From positions 64,001 to 128,000 of the forward strand of contig CAWDXG010000001.1 in assembly GCA_963806225.1 (NCBI GenBank): DNA of 64,000 nucleotides. The letters run 5' to 3'. This DNA is from an uncultured delta proteobacterium (GTDB lineage Bacteria > Myxococcota_A > Polyangia > Polyangiales > Polyangiaceae). The position numbers and the translations under genes are program-made. Below, piece after piece: positions 9,141 to 17,546 of this stretch. Within the stretch, counting starts at the first letter, position 1. Every line of letters starts with the position of its first letter. The notes beneath the pieces were generated by a model. The model ran no database searches. It was not told the origin of the DNA and worked only from the letters and a program-made list of their open reading frames with translations.

Positions 9141-11570
9141 TTGAAGAAGCACGCGCGCCTTGCCGCGATTCTGCTCGCGGCGCTCGCGCTGGGATGCAGC
9201 AGTGACAAACCCAAAAAGCATCCGGTTGCCAACACCGACGCCGGAGCGGAGGGAAGCGCCGGAGCAGCAGGAGCAGCTGGCGCGGCTGGGACCGCGGGCA
9301 GCGGCGGCTCGGCCACCGGCGGCATGGGAGGCACCGGTGGCTCGGCTGGCATCGACGGAGGCGCCGGCGTCGGGGGCACGGACGGAGGAGCGGGAAGCGC
9401 CGGCCTCGTTGTAAAGCCGCTATTCGAGCAGCACGGCGCGCTGTGGAACGACTACGTCACGAGCACGGGACCGACGTACGCGGACGCGACGGATGTCGCC
9501 TGCGACTCGACGACTTCGGGCACTGGTCCCTCGCCGTGCCTGCACGCCGGCGAGCTTCGCGCGGTCGACGTGGGTTCGGCGTTTGCGAGCTGCGCGAACG
9601 TGACCGCCTCCGACCAGCTCGGGGCTTTCGACTGGGTCTGCGACGACAGCTCGGGCACGCCACGGGTCATCTCGACCGGTCTCAAGCCAGGCGTCTGCCT
9701 CGCGGCGCTGATCGACTGGTCGGCGAATCCGGTGGCATTCCGCACGAACTCCGTGACGATCACCGACGGGACCACGACGGTGGCGACGAACCCGGCTGTC
9801 TGGTGGGCAAACCCGGTACAAGCCGACAACGACGGCGGATCGCTCGGGACCCAGAGCACGATCTACGTCGTGACCGCGAGCGGCACCGGAGACTACACCT
9901 TCGCGGCGGACAAGCTGGGGCTGGTCGCGGGTCCCTCGGTCACGCTCCAGGGCGCCGGAACGAACGGAAGCGTCATCGACACCAACGGCCACAATTTCGC
10001 GTGGCTCGAGGCGGACGTGGACGCCACGGGCGACTACACCGCCCTCGCCACGAACAACGGAGGCATCAAGTTCTCCGTCGTGTGCGGGTTCCACGCCACC
10101 GGCGGCAGCCACGTCGGCATCGGAATATCGGGCGACAACCTCCGCCTTTCCAGCCTGTCCTCCGACAACGGGTTCGCCGGCGTGGACCTCAGGGGCAACT
10201 ACGTCGTCGCGACGGATGTGAGCGCAAAGAACACCACGAACGGTGCCGGCGTGTTCCTCTCGACCAACCATTCCACGGTCACGAACGTGGAAGTGACCGG
10301 CAACGCCGCGACCGGGCTCGCCGTTGGCAGCTCGGGCGCGCCGACCACGCCGACAGACCTCACGATCAAGAACGTGCTCGCCGCTAGCAACGGCAGCGGC
10401 GGTATCGTCTACGCCGGGGGCCGGCAGAACTGGCTGCTTCACGCAGTTGCGATGAACAACGACAAGGGGACAGGCAACGCCGCTGGCGTGGAATTCTCCG
10501 CGAAGAACAGCGTCGCCTACGACATCGCGGCGTTCGGCAACGCGTACGAGGGCGTCCGGTCCGAGACCAACAACGTGCTCGTCGACGTGCTCGCGGCCAA
10601 CAACGGCGTAACTGGAGCGCACGCCAGCAACGGCAACGTCGTCATTGGCCTCACGTCCGTCAACAACCTGTACAACGGAGTGCAAACGTCGCCCGGCGCG
10701 GGTGGCGGCACGCTTATGGACATCGCGAGCGTCAACAACGGTCGCTACGGGATGGATATCGACCAGAGCACGGCCCAGACCTATATCAACGTCGCCACCA
10801 CCGACAACGCGAATACGACGTTCTACAAGGATCTGTTCGACGGCAACACGGGCCTGAGCCACGACAACGTTTTCAGCGGTCTGCTCGTCGTTACCGACCC
10901 CCAGACGAGCTGCTCCATGACAGGAACGAACCCGGGCGTGGATAGCACGTGCGCCAACGTCGGGAGCTCCGACGCTACGCTGGTCACCCAGGCGGCCGCG
11001 GGTGCATTGCTCGGCAAGGTCACCGCAAACGACGCGACCAACGCCTCCGACACGGCGGGCTCGGCCCTGTTCCAGAACATCACGGACTGGACGCACTTCG
11101 ACCGTCCTACCCGCGGGTGGGGCATGGACGGCTCCGCCTTCCCGAACGCCGACAACCAGAGCGCCTGTCGCATTGCAGGCAGCGGGACAACTTGCCGGAT
11201 CTGGGACTTTGCCCTACGCGCAACCGACACCGTGGCGCTCCGGAGCGTCGTACCGGCGCCGGCGGACGGCAACGCGGTCGTGAAGAACGTGTGGGCCGCG
11301 GTGACTACGCAGGCGGCTTGCGACGAGATCGTCGGAGCGGTGTTCTCCGGCTCGTTGTGCAGCTCGACGTTCCTTCGCAACGCATTCGAGGTGTTCGGCG
11401 ACGGGATTGGCAACGACAACGGCCTGTGCGAATCAGGCGAGACCTGTATCGTCACGCCGAACATCGGCGCCTACCAGGGCCACGGGAATCTCGTCTCCGC
11501 CGGATCCATTGGAGCGGGCGGGACCATCCAGAACGTCACACTGATGCGCTACCAGACCAACGGATACTGA
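9141..11570 (+). CDS. Lipoprotein with Gly-rich linker and right-handed beta-helix repeats
   Basis: GGAGG upstream of a TTG start, lipobox 'LALGC', repeated 'NN..G' turns, Cys-rich C-terminal 'GNDNGLCESGETC..PNIGAYQG'. Confidence 0.8.
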   Translation: MKKHARLAAILLAALALGCSSDKPKKHPVANTDAGAEGSAGAAGAAGAAGTAGSGGSATGGMGGTGGSAGIDGGAGVGGTDGGAGSAGLVVKPLFEQHGALWNDYVTSTGPTYADATDVACDSTTSGTGPSPCLHAGELRAVDVGSAFASCANVTASDQLGAFDWVCDDSSGTPRVISTGLKPGVCLAALIDWSANPVAFRTNSVTITDGTTTVATNPAVWWANPVQADNDGGSLGTQSTIYVVTASGTGDYTFAADKLGLVAGPSVTLQGAGTNGSVIDTNGHNFAWLEADVDATGDYTALATNNGGIKFSVVCGFHATGGSHVGIGISGDNLRLSSLSSDNGFAGVDLRGNYVVATDVSAKNTTNGAGVFLSTNHSTVTNVEVTGNAATGLAVGSSGAPTTPTDLTIKNVLAASNGSGGIVYAGGRQNWLLHAVAMNNDKGTGNAAGVEFSAKNSVAYDIAAFGNAYEGVRSETNNVLVDVLAANNGVTGAHASNGNVVIGLTSVNNLYNGVQTSPGAGGGTLMDIASVNNGRYGMDIDQSTAQTYINVATTDNANTTFYKDLFDGNTGLSHDNVFSGLLVVTDPQTSCSMTGTNPGVDSTCANVGSSDATLVTQAAAGALLGKVTANDATNASDTAGSALFQNITDWTHFDRPTRGWGMDGSAFPNADNQSACRIAGSGTTCRIWDFALRATDTVALRSVVPAPADGNAVVKNVWAAVTTQAACDEIVGAVFSGSLCSSTFLRNAFEVFGDGIGNDNGLCESGETCIVTPNIGAYQGHGNLVSAGSIGAGGTIQNVTLMRYQTNGY

Positions 11571-11885
11571 GCGGGCCCGGGGCCGGGGGGCGTTGTGTAA
11601 ACCGGTTCCCGGTGGCTACGCCCATCCGTGTCGTCTAGCCGAGCGCATTGACGGCCGATCCGGCAGCCCAGTATCGTCGTACGGCTTTAACGGCGAGGCA
11701 TTCCAACCCTCGCCGGCAAGGGTGGGGCTTCGCGGGAGCGAGCGAGCGGTTGACAATGCCTCCCGGCCGCAGCACTATCGACGAATCGCCTAACCACTCG
11801 GAATGGTTTACATAATCGCTCCTCGCTCCTCGCTCTTCTGCGAAGTCGACTGCGGCCAATTCGCTGGCTGCGTTGAGCGAGGCGC

Positions 11886-12089
11886 TCAAGGGTTGCAGCT
11901 GACGAGCTCGAGCGAGGGGGGCGGCACGCCTGTCTTGTTCTCGCGGAGCGAGGCGACGAACACGGCGCCGCCGAGCGCGCTCACGCGGATGGAGAGCATG
12001 CCGTTGTGGATCCAGGGTGCGTGGAGATCGGGAGCGAGGTGTAGCTCGACCGACTTCTGCTTCGCGTCGACCGGCGCGGTGCCGCTCAC
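11886..12089 (-). pseudogene. Orphan C-terminal gene fragment abutting an IS remnant
   Basis: Coding-like high-GC3 frame ending in a stop. Its 5' part is replaced by transposase sequence. Confidence 0.35.
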
Positions 12090-12533
12090 GTCGCTGCCGC
12101 TACATCCTCCGCCCGCCGATCGCCGCCGAGCGCGTGCAGCTCGTCGAGGGCGACCTCGTCCGCCTGGTGCTGAAGCGGCCGTTCAGCAACGTCACGGTCA
12201 CAGGCATCCGCCGCTACCTCCGCTGGCTCGGCGAGGCCAGCGAGCCGCCCGCGCTCGCGCCCGCGAGGGGGCCGCCGTTCTTCCAGAGCGTTGCCCTCCG
12301 TCGCAAGCTCGGTCAGCCCGTGCAGGCGGAGCTGTTCGACGCGCACTGAACCCGTCGTCGCCGGCGCACCGGTGCGCCTCGAGCGCGCTACCCGCCGCGA
12401 CGCAGGCCCGACCGAGCGCCGAATGGCCACGCCGCAGCCTTCCTATCCGCCCCGGCAACCGCACCTGCTCCCTTCCCGCCCGGAGCCTGCGCGCCCTGGC
12501 GTCGCGGGCAGGACGCTCATGTTGCCTACGCGC
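12090..12533 (+). mobile_element. IS91/ISCR-like Y2 transposase remnant (internally deleted) plus element end (copy 2)
   Basis: 'CRYILRPPIAAERVQLVEGDLVRLVLKRPFS' (Y2 catalytic region) fused directly to the C-terminal 'APARGPP' segment. Repeat of 6639-6872. Confidence 0.75.
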
Positions 12534-12623
12534 ATGGACGCCTTCGACTTCAACCAGACGCCCCTGCCGCCGCTCGTCCTGAAGAAGCGGCTGTGTCTGT
12601 GATTAGCTATTAGCCTCTAGCTC

Positions 12624-12665
12624 TTGGCTGTTGGCTGCCCTCCGCATTGGGCGGCGGAGGGCGGT
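12624..12665 (+). repeat. 42-bp direct repeat, left of the MazEF-like TA module
   Basis: TTGGCTGTTGGCTGCCCTCCGCATTGGGCGGCGG(A/G)GGGCGGT, second copy at 13350-13391 with 1 mismatch. Confidence 0.9.
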
Positions 12666-12728
12666 CCGACGTGCTCGCTTCGACTCCGCTGTAGAGCAGC
12701 TGCGATGCTCTCGGAATCGTGCCGCGGC

Positions 12729-12763
12729 TTGATGCGCCAGACCTGACATGTAATATTACATGT
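12729..12763 (+). promoter_or_regulatory. TA promoter with perfect 18-bp palindromic operator
   Basis: TTGATG (12729) -16 bp- TAATAT (12751). Palindrome ACATGTAATATTACATGT at 12746-12763, immediately before the ATG at 12765. Confidence 0.75.
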
Positions 12764-12764
12764 A

Positions 12765-12986
12765 ATGCCTCGGAGCTCTTCTGCCAAGCACGTGCAACGC
12801 TACCGCGACCGCATGAGAAGGGCGGGTCTGAGGCTGGTCCAGTTGTGGGTGCCGGACTCGCGCAAGCCTGGGTTTGCCGAGGAGTGCCGCCGGCAGAGCC
12901 GGCTTGCCGCCCGAGATCGTGAGCTGGAGGGCGAGGTGCTGGACTGGGTGGAGTCGGCCCACGACGATGAAGGTTGGACGCCGTGA
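12765..12986 (+). CDS. DUF3018/MazE-like antitoxin
   Basis: 'VQRYRDRMRRAGLRLVQLWVPDSR.P.FAEECRRQS' signature, upstream of a PemK-like toxin. Confidence 0.88.
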   Translation: MPRSSSAKHVQRYRDRMRRAGLRLVQLWVPDSRKPGFAEECRRQSRLAARDRELEGEVLDWVESAHDDEGWTP

Positions 12987-13312
12987 AGCGCGGCGACGTG
13001 GTCGTTGTCGCGCTGAAGGGTGACTACGGCAAGCCGCGACCGGCGCTCGTGGTGCAGTCGGATCTCTTCAACGAGACCCATGCCAGCGTGACGATTGCGC
13101 CTGTCACGAGCACCGTTGTCGATAGCCCGCTCTTCCGGCTCACCGTCGATCCCGGCGAGCGAAACGGCCTGCGCACCGTTTCCCAGATCATGATCGACAA
13201 GCTAACGACCGTGCGCCGCGAGCGCGTGGACCGCGTGATCGGTCGCGTGGACGACGAGACGCTGCTTCGCGTCGGGCGCGCCCTCGTGCTGTGGCTTGGT
13301 ATCGCGGCGTGA
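12983..13312 (+). CDS. PemK/MazF family toxin
   Basis: 'KRGDVV..GDYGKPRPALVVQSD.F...NGL..SQIMIDK'. GTGA overlap with the antitoxin. Confidence 0.92.
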   Translation: MKRGDVVVVALKGDYGKPRPALVVQSDLFNETHASVTIAPVTSTVVDSPLFRLTVDPGERNGLRTVSQIMIDKLTTVRRERVDRVIGRVDDETLLRVGRALVLWLGIAA

Positions 13313-13349
13313 CGGCGATCGGCTCGTGCCGCCCACCAGCCGATAGCCA

Positions 13350-13391
13350 TTGGCTGTTGGCTGCCCTCCGCATTGGGCGGCGGGGGGCGGT
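13350..13391 (+). repeat. 42-bp direct repeat, right of the MazEF-like TA module
   Basis: Matches 12624-12665. Confidence 0.9.
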
Positions 13392-13519
13392 TCACAGGGC
13401 CGCCGACGACGACATGCGCTCGGACATCAAGCACATGCTCCAGTTCATCGAGCACATCCCTTCGCGGAAGTAGCGATTGTCTAGGCCGGCGGTCATGCGT
13501 CGCACGCGGTCTGCAGTCG

Positions 13520-13625
13520 TTGCCCGGCGGCGTCGAGCCACGCGCCCGCTATCCTGTCCGTCGCGGGTTGGACTTCCTGGTCCTCGGCGTCTGCCCCTCG
13601 TGCAACGCCCGCCGTATGACCGACC
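13520..13625 (+). mobile_element. IS91-like transposase 5'/zinc-binding-domain remnant
   Basis: Encodes 'GVCPSCNARRM'. Its first ~30 bp (CCGGCGGCGTCGAGCCACGC(G/A)CCCGCTATCC) recur at about 15085-15115. Confidence 0.6.
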
Positions 13626-13773
13626 ATTGACGACTGTCATGCGGGTCGCTCGCGTGGCTCCGTTGCTCATGGACGCAGTGCTGGTGTGAACGATCACCTC
13701 TCAAGATTCCTGCGGCGCCGCCGCGGCGGATGGCTATCTTCTCCACCTGGGTGAAGAGGAGAGGAGTGTAGCT

Positions 13774-14964
13774 ATGCGTATGTGGCTCATCATCGGTGTG
13801 GCTTGCATCGGGATTACGGCCTGTGGCGGGAACGGCGACACAGGGGGAGGCGGTGGAACGGGTGCGACCGCGGGCACCGGGGCAACCGGCGGCACCGGGG
13901 CAACCGGCGGCACCGGGGCAACCGGCGGCACCGGGGCAACCGGCGGCACGGCGGGCGCGGCTGGTTCCGGCGGAGCGGCAGGGAGCGGGGGTACCGCGGG
14001 AGCAGGCGGCAGTGCCGGTGCCGCGGGCGCGGGCGGCAGCGCAGGTGCAGCGGGTGCCGCGGGAACTGGTGGCGCCAGTGGCTCTGGCGGCGCCGCGGGA
14101 GCCGGTGGCAGTGGAGGCGACACGACGGCTCCGACCGTCGTGAGCACCGTTCCAGCTAACGGTGCCAAGGGCGTCGTGGCCGACGCCAACATCGTGATCA
14201 CCTTCAGCGAGGCGATGGATCAAGCGAGCACGCAGCTGGCCTACCAGACTGCGAATATTCCAACGGGTGTCATCACCTGGAATGGTGCTGGCACGCAGAT
14301 GACCATCAATCCGAACACAAACATGACCTACGCCTCGGGCACCAGTCCCACAGCGACGGTCGCCAAGGCCTACAGCTATATCATCACCACGACCGCCAAG
14401 GATCTGGCCGGCAACGCCCTCGCCAGCAACAAGAACGTGAGCTTCACCACGCTGCGCCACTTGACGCAGACCCTCACGGACCACGGCGCACTGACCGGGC
14501 AGGCCTTCTCGAACGGATCGACCAGCGCCTCGTTCTGCACGGTGGGTGACGGCGCCAACAACATCGTCTTGCGCGGACTCATGTCCTTCGAGAAGTCCCA
14601 AATGGCAACCGGAGCCACGAATATCGACCTCGGGCAGTTGAACGTGACCGCCACCCGCTTGAATGGAACTCCGTTCGTCTCGCTTGTGAACCACGTGAAC
14701 ATCTACCGCGTGTCGTTCACTTCCCTGAGCGGCGGCTACAATGTGACTGGCACCACCAGCGGGACGCTGCCTTCCGTCAGCAGCGTGCCCACTTCCCAGA
14801 CCGCGAACGTTCTGGCAGGAGTGAACGCGGCCCTGGCGGACAGCGCGAGCAATGACATCCAGTTCCGCCTCCAGTTCAACCAGTCGACCGACGGTGACGG
14901 TTTGGCTGACTACGTGCGCTATGCCACCAACCCGACCCTGAAGATCCGCTACTACGCGCCCTGA
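13774..14964 (+). CDS. Lipoprotein with Gly-rich linker and Ig-like (Big_5/SbsA-type) domain
   Basis: AGGAG RBS, lipobox 'ITAC', 'DTTAPTVVSTVPANGA..NIVITFSEAMD..AKDLAGN'. Confidence 0.85.
   Translation: MRMWLIIGVACIGITACGGNGDTGGGGGTGATAGTGATGGTGATGGTGATGGTGATGGTAGAAGSGGAAGSGGTAGAGGSAGAAGAGGSAGAAGAAGTGGASGSGGAAGAGGSGGDTTAPTVVSTVPANGAKGVVADANIVITFSEAMDQASTQLAYQTANIPTGVITWNGAGTQMTINPNTNMTYASGTSPTATVAKAYSYIITTTAKDLAGNALASNKNVSFTTLRHLTQTLTDHGALTGQAFSNGSTSASFCTVGDGANNIVLRGLMSFEKSQMATGATNIDLGQLNVTATRLNGTPFVSLVNHVNIYRVSFTSLSGGYNVTGTTSGTLPSVSSVPTSQTANVLAGVNAALADSASNDIQFRLQFNQSTDGDGLADYVRYATNPTLKIRYYAP
13873..13944 (+). repeat. 4 x 18-bp coding tandem repeat (GTGATG)
   Basis: GGCACCGGGGCAACCGGC x4. 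Confidence 0.9.
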
Positions 14965-15263
14965 GCCGATTCGTGTGACCACAGCGGGTATTTCGGCACC
15001 CTTGGCGTGACGCTGGAGGTGCTCGAAATCCCCGCTGGCGGCCACCGCCGAGCACCCGTCAATGATAGGCGCAGGCATCGGTGGCCGGCGGCGTCGAGCC
15101 ACGCACCCGCTATCCCATCAGCACGAGTGCTGGGCCGACGCTGGGTCTGTCGTCGCGGGCCGCACGGGGGCGTCAGGGCCGCCGCTGGCTCCGCAGGGCG
15201 CGGCGCAGCGCGCGCGCGGCCGAAGGAAGTCGCGGCGCGCCGAGCTCGTTTCCTGAAACGCGC

Positions 15264-16268
15264 TCAGGCGCGCTGGATCGCGTCGACCAGATCCTCGCCG
15301 AACCGTGCGGCGAGCTGCTCGGTGACGAGTCCGGCCCGCGTTGCAAGCTCGGCCTGCGCGTCCCGCTTCATGCGGATGATCCGCTGCGACGGAGCGGCCT
15401 CGAACGCTGCAAGCGCCTTCTGCTCCTCGCGGATCGCCGTCGCGCGCTCGGTGCGGCACGCCGTGCGACCGGCCTCCGCAATGGCGGTCTGGTGCGCATC
15501 CGGCAGACTCGAGAACCACTTGTCGTTCACGACCATCATCGTGGTGAACAGGCTGTGGTGCGTCTCGTTGACGACGGGGAAGATGCGATCCAGCCCGGCC
15601 GCCTGGAAGCGGACGTAGGTGATCTCGCAGCCCTCGATGCTGCCGCTTTCGACCATCGACGGGATCGAGTCCAGATCCGCGCCCACGGCGCTCGCCCCGA
15701 GGCTCTGGTAGAGCGCCTCGGGTACGGGATTGCCCGAGGTACGCAGCCGCATTCCTTCGTAGTCGCCGATCTCGTGGAGCTCGCGGCCCAGCGTAGCAAC
15801 GATGCGGAAGCCGCCACTGTACGCGAACCCGAGGCCGCGCAGACCCACGTCGCGCAGCCCGGCCATCAGTCGTTCGGCCACGGGTCCCTCGAAGACGCGC
15901 TCCGCGTGCGCGTAGTCGGAAAACAGGAAGGGCAGCTCGATCGACCACAGCGGGTCGTGGACCGCGCCGAGCGCTGCCACGTAGAGGTGGCCCATCTCGA
16001 TCTCGCCGCGTTGCAGACAGTGCACCAGCTCCAGCCGTGAGACGTGCTCGCCGCCGCGCGCGTTCTCGAACTCGTCGAGCATGCTCTGCTTCACGTCGAC
16101 GGCGCCGTCGGTCTTTTCCCGCACGAGCGCGGCCAGCTCGGCTGCGGCGTCGTCGAAGACGACAGGCGGCTCATGAGCGAGAACCCACCGCATGGTGTGC
16201 TCGGCGCGCTGGTTTCTGGCCTCGGGGCGGTCGATGTCGCGGTCGCGGGTCTCGATGGTCGAATCCAC
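15264..16268 (-). CDS. TRAP transporter substrate-binding (DctP-like) protein
   Basis: 'ELPFLFSDYAHA', 'GFR', 'GMRLR', 'ETHH..MVVN.KWF.SLP'. GGAGG precedes a GTG at 16268. Confidence 0.85.
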   Translation of the reverse strand: MDSTIETRDRDIDRPEARNQRAEHTMRWVLAHEPPVVFDDAAAELAALVREKTDGAVDVKQSMLDEFENARGGEHVSRLELVHCLQRGEIEMGHLYVAALGAVHDPLWSIELPFLFSDYAHAERVFEGPVAERLMAGLRDVGLRGLGFAYSGGFRIVATLGRELHEIGDYEGMRLRTSGNPVPEALYQSLGASAVGADLDSIPSMVESGSIEGCEITYVRFQAAGLDRIFPVVNETHHSLFTTMMVVNDKWFSSLPDAHQTAIAEAGRTACRTERATAIREEQKALAAFEAAPSQRIIRMKRDAQAELATRAGLVTEQLAARFGEDLVDAIQRA

Positions 16269-16363
16269 GGGAGCCTCCTGTCGGATGGGCACCGAGCCTA
16301 TCAAGCGGCCGACCCCCCTTCAACCTTTGCAGCGCGCCCCGATAAGGTGGATCATCCCGCGTC

Positions 16364-17546
16364 GTGCGGCGCACCTTCTTGCTCGCGCTCGCGCTTCTCG
16401 CGATCGGTTGTGGCGGGGGGTGGCGGGACCTGAGCGGGGCCGAGATCAAGGCCCTGATCAGCGGCTGCGACGTCGACCGGCTACCAGGACTTGTACAGCT
16501 ACTCGTTCCGTCGCGTCTACGATCCTGCCGGTACCTTCAAGTCGATCAACAGCAACAGCACGACGCCACGCACCGGCCGCTGGTGGATCTCCGGCAACCA
16601 GGAATGCATCCGCTGGGACGACCAGGGACAGGACCTCTGCCGCTACATCGCGACCGACGGCCAGGGTCACTACAAGAAGGAGCTGGTCGACCACGGCGGC
16701 CGCCGCAAGCTCGTCGTCACCTACTACACATTCGTCGGACCCGACGGACGGAATCGCGAGGTCATCTCCTCCTCGGGCTCGGACGAATACGAGATCGGCG
16801 ACTACACCTTCGACCTGGCTACGGTGTTGGCGATCGCGGTGCCGATAGTCATCGTCGGTTTCATCTTCGCTTTCGTGCTGCTGATCCTGCTTCTGCGGGG
16901 CAAGAACGATCCGGGCAGCCTGCGCAATCGGCTCAAGCGCCGTTTCTCAACGCTCAAGGCGGGCGGGCAGTCGTATCGCTGGGGAACGATCGCGAGCGGA
17001 CCGCCGCAGTTGCTCGACCAGTTCACGTACGGGTCCGCCGCGGACAAGCAGTTCATGCAGGTCTTCTGGGCGTTCGACCTGATGCAGAAGCAGGCGCGGG
17101 GCGATTCGAACGCCGCGTGGCGTCGGCTGTGGATGTGCCTGTCGTCGCTGCCGGATGACACGATCGTCGAGGCCTTCGGCGCCGTGCTCCACACCGTCGT
17201 CGACCCGAAGGCGCTGGTGCAGGCGTTCTCCGCCGATCTCCGTTTCTGCTACCTCATGGGCAAGGCGTACTCGGCGAAAGCGGGCACAGCCCAACGCGAC
17301 GCCGCGCACTTCCCGCAGCTCAAGGAGGGCGCGCTCGCCTGCCTCGGGCACGTGCGCGAGCGCGCGGGCGCGCCGCCGCCCGACCTTGCTCCGGCGCAGG
17401 GTGCGCCGTACCGCGGCGCGTGGCCCGCGGCTGTCGACTACGCCGCGCTCGCCGCCCCTGCGTTCGAGACGATGATGTACATGCAGCTCATCGCTCCGGC
17501 GGTGACCAAGCACCACCACGGCTCGGCCTCCGTGGGCGGAGGCTGA
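16364..17546 (+). CDS. Lipoprotein/membrane hypothetical protein, apparent frameshift near 16465-16490
   Basis: Lipobox 'LAIGC' plus 'LSGAEIKALISG' in one frame. Continues in the 16491 frame ('GRWWISGNQECIRW', one TM helix). Confidence 0.55.
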
